A DNA stretch of 64,000 nucleotides, from assembly GCA_039906565.1 (NCBI GenBank), contig CM078459.1:18851066-18915065 (forward strand), given 5' to 3'. The position numbers were made by a program, and so were the translations under genes. The notes below the pieces were generated by a model that was not told where the DNA came from, ran no database searches, and saw only the letters and a program-made list of their open reading frames with translations. Below, piece after piece: positions 37,301 through 49,242 of this stretch (positions are counted from its first letter, which is position 1; each line of letters opens with the position of its first letter). This DNA is from Aegotheles albertisi (Eukaryota).

Positions 37301-40300
37301 TCAAGTCTCAGAAATGGGTTTGAGAACCCATCCACATCTGCAGTCTGATGTAAACTGATCCCATCAGTTGGCTACCCAGCCTTCCCTGACATTTTAACAG
37401 TACAATTACAGTTTATTTTGACTTGTCTTCACTGAAAAGGGAAGAACTATGATCCAACTTGTTCTGTAAAAAAATATATATTAAGTATACCACAAAAATT
37501 AGTTTCCACAACATGCTTATGTAAAATGAGCTTCATGCCATCAGAGCACACAACTCATTTGCTGAACTATCTCACCTCAAAGCATATTCTCGCTTCAAAA
37601 GGTCTAAGGGGTTTTGTTTTTGATTCAAGAACTTTCCTTTAGATCAGTTATTTCAGCATTTCTGAGCCAGGTTATCTCGAGACAGATTGTGACTGTTTAA
37701 CAATGAGTACTTCATAAAAGTCAATGCATTTGAATTTAGTACCTTTTAACAGAATTTGTAATTAGAGATTAATCTATTTTTCATGTTAAAAAAATTTGAA
37801 CTCTAAAGTGGAAATGGGGAAAAATGAGTTTGGTATAAATTTAGATCAGAATGCTCCTCAAAGAATGCATATGATAAATTCTATTGGATTACAGTTAAAA
37901 TTAAATTAATGTAACATTCAGTTCGTATTGTCTTCTTGTCATCTATGTTAACCTTTTGTTCTAATAAGAACCTCCAGTTCATCATATCTTTATGTCCAAT
38001 AAATAAAATCACTTAAGGTCGGGAATGTTCTTCCTAGGCAATCCATAGTAATTTGTAAGTATTTTTCTGAGGAAATAAACACAGTTAAGTGAATCTGAAT
38101 CGCCACCAAGCTTTCAAAGATGTCAATGTGCTTTATCAAATGAGCACAGTGGACACAACTACAAAGAAATTAACTCTCAACCAAAATGAATTTTATTTTC
38201 CTAAGTGTCAAATAGCTTCCCTTCAAATGACTGAGGTGACAAATGCAAATGCACTTAGACAAGGTGGATGCTGGTGCCATTGTGTTTGCTTTTACTTAAA
38301 TGGAATAGTAAAACTTTGCTATCTTTAAGTATTAAAATTGTCTGTCATGTGAAAATTAAGCAGTTTAGACTGGAATTTCATGAATCATGTAAAAACTCAG
38401 TAAGTGCAATCAAAAGTAAGTGCACTGTAGCTGACAATTCTGTATTCTTTCCAAGCTTATTTCTTTTACCACAACATACAGCAGAAAGAGTCAGGACTTC
38501 AGTGTGCTTTCTAGTTAAACAGACCAAAGACAGCTAAAAACTTCAGTACCTGTGTACACAGAAAAAATTATAAACTGATCAGCTAGATAAAGAGCCAGAA
38601 AAAATAATCGCTTCCAGGACACAGGCAGTACCTTCCAGCAAAACTGCTGCTTAGTTGCATCTACATACCATTTTTAGGCACCAAATTGGGACCGTTCCTT
38701 TCCTAACAAAATTACATTTATCATATAGCTAGAGTCAGTTACTACCACATACGGCAAAACAAAAATTATCACCTTTACCGCTGAGCTGTATACAATAAAC
38801 ATGGCCAGGCAGCGCTAAGAAAGCTTTTAAGAGCAGAATTTGACAGCCTGTCATCAGGAATTCTTCAGGAAATCTTTAAAGTGTGCCCAAATTCAACATT
38901 TCAGTATTTAGTTCTCGGGACTTAAAGGTTTGGTTCATCGATATTTAAGGAGAGATTAGATTATTTTCAGCAATAAGGACAGCAGACAAAAGCACTGTTA
39001 CCACGCAGAAGAGCCCTCCAAGTCAAAGAGTTTTACAGGAAGGGCAGCTCAAAACTGTGGAATGAAGATCACTAATATTAATTAAAATATACAACAACTT
39101 TCAAATACATACATATCCTGCTTGCTAGCAAAAACGTAGTGCAATAGAGATGCACTTAAAATAGCATGAGGCTGGCAAGGAAAGAATGAACCACTTTTTG
39201 CAAACTTGGTATGTTTAAGGTACTTCTGAAACATACTCGGGTACTACAAGGATGAGTGTGCATATATATAAAAAAATATGAGTTAGCCAACAGGCCTCAA
39301 TAACACAGTCTTTTCCTTTGAAAAGCTGATCAGACCTCTTGAATCTAGTTCAAGTTATACTTAAAACATGTGCCCCTTACGGCTTTCCAGTTTAGAATTG
39401 CCAAGTCACACCAGTACTTTCTCAGTTACCATTAAACACCACGCACAAGGGCAGAAGAGATAAAAGTAATCTAATGCTTAGACACCAATGTCAACTGCAT
39501 TTTCAACTGAATGCAGTACACCAAAGCAGAAAATGTAAGTAGTTGCTATATGCAAAAACCAGTTTACACCTAATGAAAAAAGAACAGTTTTCCCAAACGT
39601 TGAGTTTTAGAATAGTGTGCTAAGCAAAACCATTTGCAGGTTTTTTTGGAAGAATGAGTGCTGTAATGTGATACATACATCCATCAGGGGAAAGAGTATT
39701 CCAGACTTGAAACCTACCTCGATATTGCATTACAAATTACAAAGCGTGGCATGTGTCAGAGCTGAGGACCTACACGTCCTAACTCCCGACTTGTATCAAA
39801 ACAATCTCTATCTTAAGCCATATAGCACTGGCAAGTTAAATAATAGTGTACTTCCAAAATGGCAGCAACGCCACAATTTTCCTGTTACCCATTTACTCAC
39901 AATTCAATTTAGCAAGAACATCACTTCTATGTGAAGTAGTAGCACTTATGTGCTCTCTCTGCTGCTTGCACTCTATGATTTGAGCTATGTTCATAGCATC
40001 CCAATATAATTAGGGGACCATGTTATCTCCAGTCAGTTTTTCATCAATTTAGTATCTCTACTCATGCAGATAAATTTTAATAATTTCTATTTCTGAAAAT
40101 GAAAGTGAACTGATAAAAAAAGAACACTAATATTTTACAACTATTTTGCACAGGAAAAAAGCAATCAGTAGTAACCAAAAATATCCCTATTTTCTTGCCA
40201 TTACAGGAATAGAACCAATAAGTCTTTTCCATCATCTTCCATGACTGAAAAAATCTGAATCATAATAAGCTTCCTAACAGCATTATCATCAGTTTCATCT

Positions 40301-41069
40301 TCACACTCAATAAGCAAATCTAGCATGATTTTTGTTGGAAATGAATATTTATCAAATTCATCATTCTGTAAAACATTTATCAAGAATACTCATGTGCAAT
40401 CCCTCCTAAAGGCATATTACTCTAAGTGAACAATGATTTTAACTGGAAAACATGTATTTGCCTCCTAATTGAACAGTTAATCATTGATAACAGACTTGTT
40501 TCTATTCAAACCAACCATTGGGTGAAATGTATACTTATAATGATGCATTACACAGTGGAAGGCTTTAAACCAGCTTGAACAAATGTCTCCCTCCTTGCAA
40601 TAGCAAGATACTTTTCAGTAGAATGCACCAATGTCACAAGAAGTTTCTTTTGTAGAAGCATGGGTTTGGTAAATTCATTAATACTGTTACGAATAAACCA
40701 TAATACAGATTTCCTTTTTCAAAGTCATTCCATCCTCCCCCTCAAGTTAAATTTTTCAATAATTTAAGAAACAGACAGACTCTGTTAATAAGCCTATTGT
40801 GACTAAGTTTGCAAAGGGAGACTGAGATACCAGGACAAAGTACCCTTGAGAACACTGCATAAAATTAGACGCTCTTCAGAAGTAGAAACAAACAAAAGCA
40901 GTTGTGATATAAATCATTCACAGTATGCACTGCAACATACAGTTTAGCTAAATAGATTATCAAGAATGGAACTTTCTTGACACACAGTAGAAACTACCTA
41001 AGAATGAAAACAATGCCACTTGTAATTAAGCATAAAATTCTCACCCAGTATTAGTAATAACATTCCCAA

Positions 41070-41363
41070 AATCCTTTCAAGTGATTTTTGTATTTTATTG
41101 TAATCAGATAACCACACGTTTTACAGCATAGTCACACATTGTATTTTGCTACTCACAAACACATTGCCTTACATAATGATCTGCATCATTTCTGCTCTAT
41201 ACTACAAAGCCTATGACTGAATACAAAAAAAGTTTTACAAAAGAAACTGTTTTAAAGACTACAATAACAATAAAACCGTTTCCAGATAACAGCTAAAATT
41301 ATAAAGGCATATCACTGTATATTTTTTACTGGAATTTCTTAACAGTAAGGAATGAAATAAGTT
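41070..41363 (-). other. PSPC1: Putative PSPC1 3' UTR. A candidate poly(A) signal AATAAA on the minus strand appears as plus-strand 'tttatt' near 41094..41099.
   Basis: Lies downstream of the stop on the minus strand. The hexamer was found by eye and the UTR may be longer. Confidence 0.3.
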
Positions 41364-41549
41364 TTAGTATCTGCGACGCTTGTTAGGTCCTTCAAAGTTG
41401 CCCCCTGGGTTTCCTCTACCAAAGCCACCAGGTCCACCACTCACGGCACCTACACCACTCATTGGCGGCTGAGGAGTTTCAGAGCCCGTTCTACTAACCA
41501 GAGGTGAACCCATCTGTGATGGACCTCCTTGAGGGAATCTCTCATTATG
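41364..41549 (-). CDS. PSPC1: PSPC1 last coding exon: [61 protein letters not shown]. On the + strand the stop codon appears as 'tta' at 41364..41366.
   Basis: Reverse-complement translation. The minus-strand acceptor is 'acttatattag|CATAAT'. The terminal motif '[11 protein letters not shown]' is characteristic of DBHS proteins (NONO ends APNKRRRY, SFPQ ends EGPNKKPRF); the preceding Gly/Pro/Met-rich tail matches PSPC1 as recalled. 62 codons, in frame with the upstream exon. Confidence 0.85.
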   Translation of the reverse strand, partial: HNERFPQGGPSQMGSPLVSRTGSETPQPPMSGVGAVSGGPGGFGRGNPGGNFEGPNKRRRY

Positions 41550-43377
41550 CTAATATAAGTCCATTTGGAACATGCCAAATGCGAGTTACAACAAAAACCA
41601 CAAGTGATGTTGTCATGAAGTTCAGCAGATAGTCCAGCAGAATCAGGATCACACATAGAGGGAAGAAAGGAGCAATTCAATTAGTTATTATGGAAAAAGA
41701 GCTGGAAATTAAAGTGTGCTAATGTTATGCTCCAACTTTTAAAAGTAAATTAAAAATTAAGAACTTAAGTATTAAGACCAACTCTTCTGCTGAATGTAAC
41801 TTCATCCCTTCGAGCACATCTGAAGCAATACATATTCTCTATATAACAGAAGAGACAGCAAACAATTTTATACCTGGGCCCTATTCTGTCTTACCTACCA
41901 ACTATAATGCTTCTCCCTTAAGTGAATTAGACACAGACACATTGTCAAAGTAGAAAAAAGAATATCAGTTTCTGTATTTCTAGAGACTGCAGGTTTATTC
42001 ATTTAATAGCAATATAACCTGAAGATTTACGTACCCACACATTTGTAGATAAAGTGTATTTCAGTCCATACTATCTGGAGTCAGCCTTTTGTATGGCACT
42101 TCAGGAATCTTTAGTCAGATTTAAAATCCAGTTCAAATAAATTGACACAACTCATGTTAAAATGTGTAACTGGGCTACACTAAGTGAAAAAAAAAACCTT
42201 GACATATATCTAAAGCTTAACCTGAAATATCAATGTAAGATAAAAATTCAGCTAATGTTCCAATAGTTCTGTGCCTAATAGTAATAAAGGTATATGTGTT
42301 TACACAGATTTATTTGGCTATAGCAATTGAGATCTAAAACAGAAAACATGCATCTGAGCACTTACAGTTCCGTATTTATGCAAGAGTTTAAAAATAGAAC
42401 CCCACATGATGGAATTTAAAACATTAACTCAACATAACATAAACCAATAAAAGCACAGATGCATGGTACAATCAGATCTTGAAATAACTCATCATTCACC
42501 TGTTAAGGACAGTTATGCTTTCAGAAGAAATTCCTCCTATACAGAGATCTGCATTAACTGCCCAGGTGTTCAGAGTTCAACCAGAACATTCAAGATTAGT
42601 ACATTGTTTATATGCCTGAATCAGAGAAGAATTCTTCTGAAAGTCTAACTCCAGTAATAGCAGTAAGAGTTCAACAGTTCTAAACTCTGCTAATTCATAG
42701 ATATAACATTTCAAAATAGCATTACACCTATATAAAGTATTATGCAATTTAGATTATGGTTGGATATATTGTTTAAAATTTTACACTGAATAAGAAAAAA
42801 ATTACTTCAAAAGCTGCAGGAAGATCCACTACTGCCCCAAAGTACCTTAAAATCTGCAGCACCAGTTAAAAACTGTTTAAAAATTATCTTTAACTCATGC
42901 CAGCTTGTTCACAAAGGATGTAACAAATAGGTTATCACATACTCCTGCTAATTTTTACCATTTGACCTTTGGACAAAAAGTAAAGTCCTCTTTCCAACAA
43001 GGACCCCTCTTCTCCAGCTAGCAAGAAAATTGCAGTAATCACCTACTTACAATAAAGTATGGGGGGAAGCTATTTTTAAAATGTTATGTTCAAAGATAAT
43101 CTATGTTTCAACACTGCAGTGGAACAAAAAGAAGATTCCTTCAACTTTCCCCAAAAGGACTTCAAAAACCCATCCAATTTAAAAAACAAAAACTGCATTT
43201 CTGGTCTATAAGGCATACTCTCCATTTCTCCTAGTGTAAACTGAAATTAACTTTTGCAGTGTTTCAGCAGACAGCCCTCAAAGAATCTTTAAAGGGTCTT
43301 TCTAACAGCAGCAAAAATACAAGACTAGGCCTTTCTGTAGGGGCATGCATCCCTCAAACTAAAAATGTCCAAAAATG

Positions 43378-43402
43378 AAAAAAACAAACAAACAAACAAA
43401 AA
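43378..43402. repeat. (CAAA)n tetranucleotide microsatellite preceded by an A-run.
   Basis: 'aaaaaacaaacaaacaaacaaaaag'. Confidence 0.8.
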
Positions 43403-44839
43403 GCCCAACATCTCATTTGTCCTTCAGTAGCACGTAGGAGAAAACTGAATTTAAAAAAAAGGGGTTTTTTAAGCATGCATTTTGAAATGTCAGTATATTC
43501 TCTACATTTCCATACCTGGAATGACTTTTTGTAGAAAAACAACAGTTTGAGACAGATACCATGATTTAGGATACCATGTTCCTTAGACCTTTTTTTTAAG
43601 TGTCCATATAATCACAGGAGAATGTTCCAGAAATCACCAGTAACACACCGGTCTCTCTGAAAACAGTATTTTGTGGAAAGCATCCCTACACTTTGTGAGA
43701 AATGATACAACTGAAACAATGAGCTGGCTCCTATGATATGAAGTGAGATTCTATCCTTTAACTGGGTAAAGACCAGACTCATCATGTAGTTTGTGCTCAA
43801 TCAAAATCTCATTTTCCTCTAAGGAACAAAGGATTTTGTCCAAACTTCATTATACAGATTGCTCAACAGCAGACAGATCCTGTTGAGAAGGCATATATAA
43901 AAAAATTACAGCTACAAAATACTTCTGTGTTCCAACAAAACTATAATGGGATATTTATATCTCACCACCACTTGAAAATCTCAAGTATCTATTTACTGAA
44001 TAATACTGAAAAACATGTAAAAATCAGATTAAAAATTACTTAGTTGTTTCTCTACATAAGACATTACAGCTAGGAAGTGTGACTGGGTATAAGAACAGAA
44101 CAAAAATAGCTGGTGCTATAACTGCATCCCAGTGGCACATCTGCTAAAAAGTATGTGATAAAATATTCCAGGATGTATTCAAGACATTTCCTATCGCTCT
44201 TGGCCACTGAGCAGTATTATTTGCCGTGTTGATATACACAGTTATCCCAAACAGCTGTTGGCATACTTATTTTTAAGTGGCGTAATTACTGTCATAATCT
44301 CATGCTTTCAACACTGTTAGAAAAGAAATAAAAAAAACCTAAAGTTGATTTAAAAAAATTAAATAGTTTACACAAAGATATCTTCACACTACATAGCTTC
44401 CAACATTCAACTATTCATGAAAAACTCCAACAAACTAACACATAGAATTTAGTTTCGCAAAAGAAAAAACAGCAAATGCCTAAATTTACAGATGTTGATC
44501 CTTCTTTGATCCACAGAGTGATTTCCTTCTATCAGTGAGTTTTTCATGACATGCCATTCATGCAGATTTTTCCCACAAGTGCTGTATATTCTAACTTCAA
44601 TTTGAAGTCTGGTTACTGATCAAAGAACTCACCCCATTCCTAAGGGAAGTAGGTTTTTCATAGTAATATCAAAGATTTCCCTTATGTGTTGTAAATTATT
44701 TGCATGAACAAGTTTTATCAGTTATTTCTAACACCTTCAAAACACATAACATGTTCTCAGTGTGAAAATATCTTTGGTAATAAAAATGGGCCATGAGACA
44801 TGACAGCTATTCAAAGTAATTAAATTTGTGATACGTTAC

Positions 44840-45009
44840 CACTGTTCCATTATCTGGCATCATTGGTGTTCCCATATTTGCAGCTCCTTCTGGTCCCATG
44901 GAAGGACCAGGACCCATTGCAGGGCCAGGTAAAGTTCCTCTGTTGTTCATATTCATACCCATCATTGGAGGAGGGCCTTGGTTACCAGCAGGTGCTGGGC
45001 TAAACGCAT
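44840..45009 (-). CDS. PSPC1: PSPC1 penultimate coding exon: (D)[56 protein letters not shown].
   Basis: Minus-strand acceptor 'gttttgcatag|ATGCG' and donor 'ACAGTG|gtaacg'. 170 nt, made of 2 nt that complete a codon started by the phase-1 G of the upstream exon (G+AT = Asp) plus 56 codons. Matches the recalled human PSPC1 segment '[58 protein letters not shown]'. Confidence 0.85.
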
Positions 45010-48000
45010 CTATGCAAAACAATCTATACTTAGAGCTGTCCTATCTGAATTTTACAAGAATAAACAAACAATTTACAATATTTAAAAAGCCAAATGTACA
45101 AGACTTCCAATACTTGAAATAAAAAAAAAATTATTCTTTGAGACTGTACATTTATCTCAATCATCTGCTTTTAAAAGGATTTAAATTAATCTCTATTATT
45201 TTGTATTACATAATCTGTCTCATGTATTTGAAAATCCTGAACTTAACAGCTAAATATAGCTGTATGGTTTCTGTGCAGGAACTGAAGTGTTCATACAGCA
45301 TATATATATATGCAATATACACATCATAAATTAGCAAAAATCTCAAGTGATTTTGCAGTAATTGGCAGTTACAAGGTAATTTGGCTCTTTAGAGATCATA
45401 ACACACTAAATACACATTTACAAGAACTGTTCTATCAGTATTATGTTAACTGTATACAGTGTTACCGTACATTAGTCCAATACCTAAAAGCAACACCAAA
45501 GATGGCACTCAACTTTACAATAAATTATTTGTAATATGGCATAAATAAATCTTGCATTTATTAAAGTACCAGAAAACTAAGGGAAGATTTGTTAGAATTG
45601 AAAGTGACAGAACAGTCTCCTCCAGAATTCTGATACACAGTAAGAGGTAGAAGAAAAGTTTAAAGCCATCTTTTGAGAGATCGTTTAGCTATAAATACTG
45701 AGCTAGGAAACACCACTCTGCCACTACCCACTAACATACTGAACAGGCAGGTAAAACTGCCTTCGTAACACTTTCTCATGTTGTTATAAGAAAGAAAACA
45801 GTGTGACTATATATATAATTTACACCTGCTATTATGAAATACGATAAACTTTAAGACTAGTAGTGATGCATTCCTCCCCGCCCCATCCTCCCCAATGATA
45901 TTCCACCTTTTTCAGCCAAAAGCGTGCATTCAAGATTTGACAATGGAAGAAGACATGCCTTTGGAATCTAGCCTATGCTGTAAATCATGACAACATACAA
46001 TATCAAGAAATCTGACGTTGCTAGATTAATAAAATAAACTTGTCATTTCAAAACCCAACCTCTCGCCTCTCATCACAACTGTAACTTTTTCAGTAATGAA
46101 TATGTGAAAGCACATCATTGTAAGCAGCCCATTTAGCACAGATACAGTACTACGACTATACGCAGGTACGCAAACTTTATTACCTGCCCTGAGCACAAAT
46201 ACCACAGCAGTCAGTGAAATCACTGCATCCAATGTATTGCTGCTAAAATTGCAGACCTGGGCTTGATCATATACATTATGCCAACTGCAAGTTGCTTAGC
46301 AAAAACAACCCATGCAACACAGTAGCACGTGTAACATGCTAAACAAGCTTATTAGAAGAGACAGAGAAAAATCCTGTAATTTTGAAAAGCAGAACTCATT
46401 TAAGCTTAGTAATGAGAAACTCCCAAGACCTCTCCTGATCACACTGAGCCAAAACAAAGGTATGCACAAGTCGGATGCTTCTTACCTACCCACAAACACA
46501 ACCAGTTCATGTAGCAGATAGAAGATTGTGCTACAAATCAAGAGAATTACAGTTGAATATGCCCTAAAACAGTTTTTTAGTGTCATCCATTCAGTGGCTA
46601 AATATAGAAGGAAATGGAGAAATGTGAATTGTCAATATAAGGAGAAACCTTAATTTTCAGAGGCTAGAAGTACCCTGCACGACTGTCATGATGGTAGTGC
46701 TGGTAGTACTGCCATTACCTAAAGCAGTCAATGCTCAATTATCTTTTATTGGTTTGCTTACCCATCTAATGAAACTTAGCCAGCTGGCCACACTTGGGTA
46801 GTGTTCGCTCATCCTTCAACTGCAACAAAGCATCATACAAATGTACCCATATGGCTTCAGGGTGACACATAGTGACCTATACTATCACACCTCTCTACTA
46901 TTAAGCCAATTTCAGGCAGAGTCAGCTCTGATGGGAGAACAACTGGGGAGTATACTGCAAGGAAAGAGTGGGGTCCTCCAGAGTTTCAGCAAGAGGCCAC
47001 TATGGCATTTTAGCTACACCTCAGAGGTCCTCCTAGCAGACCCTAGGAGCTAACCACTTGATTCTTTTTGGTGGGACACTGATGTTAGCAGTTAATTAAC
47101 TGGACCAGGTTCAGTAACAGATAGAAAGCAGTCATCAGTGTTCATGCCACAATGCACAGACTTTAAAAAAAGGTATTTTTCTGTAATCTGGAGAGCTGAA
47201 AAAGTACATTCCTAGCGTCGGAACTGCACATGCCAAGGTCTGGCACAGTTGGCAACAAGTCACAGTCAACAATCTTCATCAATGCATGGACAGTTCCAAA
47301 AACATCTTTTTTTTCCACCATATGGAAAAGTTTATCAGCCGCACCTAGCGATACAGATCCAGTTAAGTGCTATGGTGAGGCATACAGATTTTCTTAGAAC
47401 TTCTTTGCCACAGAAAACAACATAAAAATGAGTGATCTTGCACAAGTCAGCCCAATGCTAATTAAAACCATCACAAAGGTACCTTGCTTTCTAATAACGT
47501 TATCATGCAGGTTATTTCCATTACTGAAGATGCTCCAGCTCCCCAGTGTCCCACATGATGAAAAGTCGCAAACAGCACAGATAAAGGCCAGGTAAAAATA
47601 AAGTTACAATTCCAACAGAAGTGTTGAAAAAGGATGCTAAGACCAACAATTAAAGGTCTACTATTTAAAGGTCTACTGCAGGTTTTTGGGATCAGGTTTG
47701 GGTTTTTTCTTGTTGTTGTAGTGGTGGGGTTGTTAATGGGCTGGAGAAAAAAGGAATATTTAGTGAGCTAACCTAAAACCCAGATACTGTGGAAACAAAC
47801 ACTATCTTCACCTATTCCCTATGAATATTTTTCCATTTTTAAAATAGTTCACTGTTACTACGGTATCTTTTGGAACTACTCATTTATTTCTAAAAGCATT
47901 TGTATTAAGTTTAAATTCAAAAGTTATAGCACAAAGCTTACAAAGCAAGACTATGATGAACATCAATGCTAAGCATTAACATCTGGCAAGAAAAGGGCTG

Positions 48001-49184
48001 TGAACTGATTGCTACAAATACACATTTAAAATTTGTACATAAAAAGTGTATCCTCGTGAATCTGGACAACTGGCATTAATAGCTTCCACAGTATCAATAT
48101 TTACAAAGTTTCCTAATTAAATGAAATTTTCAAGTAGACTGCAACAATATGCAAAACCATAACTATAAAAAAAGTCACAATTTGCGCTTCAGCTTATTAT
48201 TTGTAAGTAACTTCACAATGCCTTCCTTTAGAATTATTTTTTAAAGCTCTTCATCTTTGCTGAAAGAATAAGCCTATTTCTATTTTGCAGTTATTTAGTG
48301 TCTCAATTCATAAGGAAATGGTGAGTAATGTATTTTAAGATCTGTACCGAGTAGATTCATTAGTCTTCAAATTCACATTACTGAAAAGGTCAAGCGATAA
48401 TGCTTACTGAGTTTTGTATGTACTTTCATATTTTAAATGTGCAAAATTTTCCTTAAAATCATCATCTTAATTTATTTAAATGAACATCAGGAAGCTTCCA
48501 ATAGGTATATATTGACTGTTAATAAGGTTCAGTAAGATTTTTTATTTTTTTTTTAAAGAAATATTCCAAGTTTCAGTCTTGTTTAAAAGCAGATATTCTG
48601 GTTAAGTAGGAGTCCAAACTGTTTCAGTCTGCATGTACAGAGCAAGCACTAATTATTAAGAATGTACTTTTCCAGACTTCATAGAACAGTTTTTAGCAGT
48701 GACACTATTTTAAGCCACAAAAGTGAACCGAAAATCTTTGCAAATACAGACTTGTAATAAGTTAGTAGGGCACCTACCACATTGTTCATAAATCTTTTGT
48801 CAGGTACGTCAACAAGAACTTACCAATTTAAACTCTACATCATTTCACTGCATGCAATTACAGTCTCAACTTCACTGAACAGTCCCTCCAAAAGAACACC
48901 AAATACTTTGTGAATAGAGCATCACCTTTCCCTGTTTCTTATTTCTCTTAGCTTGCACATCATATTTTTCTCCCACAGGTTGTCAAAACAATAAAATAAA
49001 GATACACATTGGGGGAAAAAAAGAGCTGTTTGTAAGCAAAATATATGAGATTTTTTAATTTCCTAGTACTGTTTATTCCTCTTTACCAGTAGTTGTCACT
49101 AATTAATAGTGCTTGAGTAACATGTACAGTCCCAAAGAAAAATAAATTTTACATTACAGAAGCCTTTATCCTTCAGATCCCTAC

Positions 49185-49242
49185 CTCCCATGTTTATTGC
49201 TCCACGAGGACCCATATCACCCATTCTCATTTCCTGTTCTCT
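49185..49242 (-). CDS. PSPC1: PSPC1 coding exon (58 nt): [19 protein letters not shown](D).
   Basis: Minus-strand acceptor 'tgtttactttcag|AGAGAA' and donor 'ATGGGAG|gtaggg'. Ends in phase 1 and joins in frame with exon 44840..45009. Matches the recalled PSPC1 '[20 protein letters not shown]'. Confidence 0.8.

Noticed and set aside
41364-45009. Identity of the DBHS gene as NONO or SFPQ instead of PSPC1.
   Set aside because: NONO ends '...GAEFAPNKRRRY' after a 'GTPPAFNRAAPGAEF' tail, and SFPQ ends '...EGPNKKPRF'. The tail here, '[30 protein letters not shown]' preceded by '[14 protein letters not shown]...MMPDNGTV', fits PSPC1. The MPHOSPH8 neighbourhood also fits PSPC1.
44898-45122. 74-aa + strand ORF ([17 protein letters not shown]...).
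   Set aside because: It is the antisense reading of the Gly/Pro-rich PSPC1 exon. GC-rich and proline-rich coding sequence commonly gives open antisense frames.
46900-47060. Segment 'ggagtatactgcaaggaaagagtggggtcctccagagtttcagcaagaggccactatggc...gaggtcctcctagcagaccctaggagc', suspected of being an interspersed repeat.
   Set aside because: It resembles repeat-derived sequence but lacks the diagnostic CR1 terminus. I cannot assign it to a family by eye, so I do not report it as a feature.
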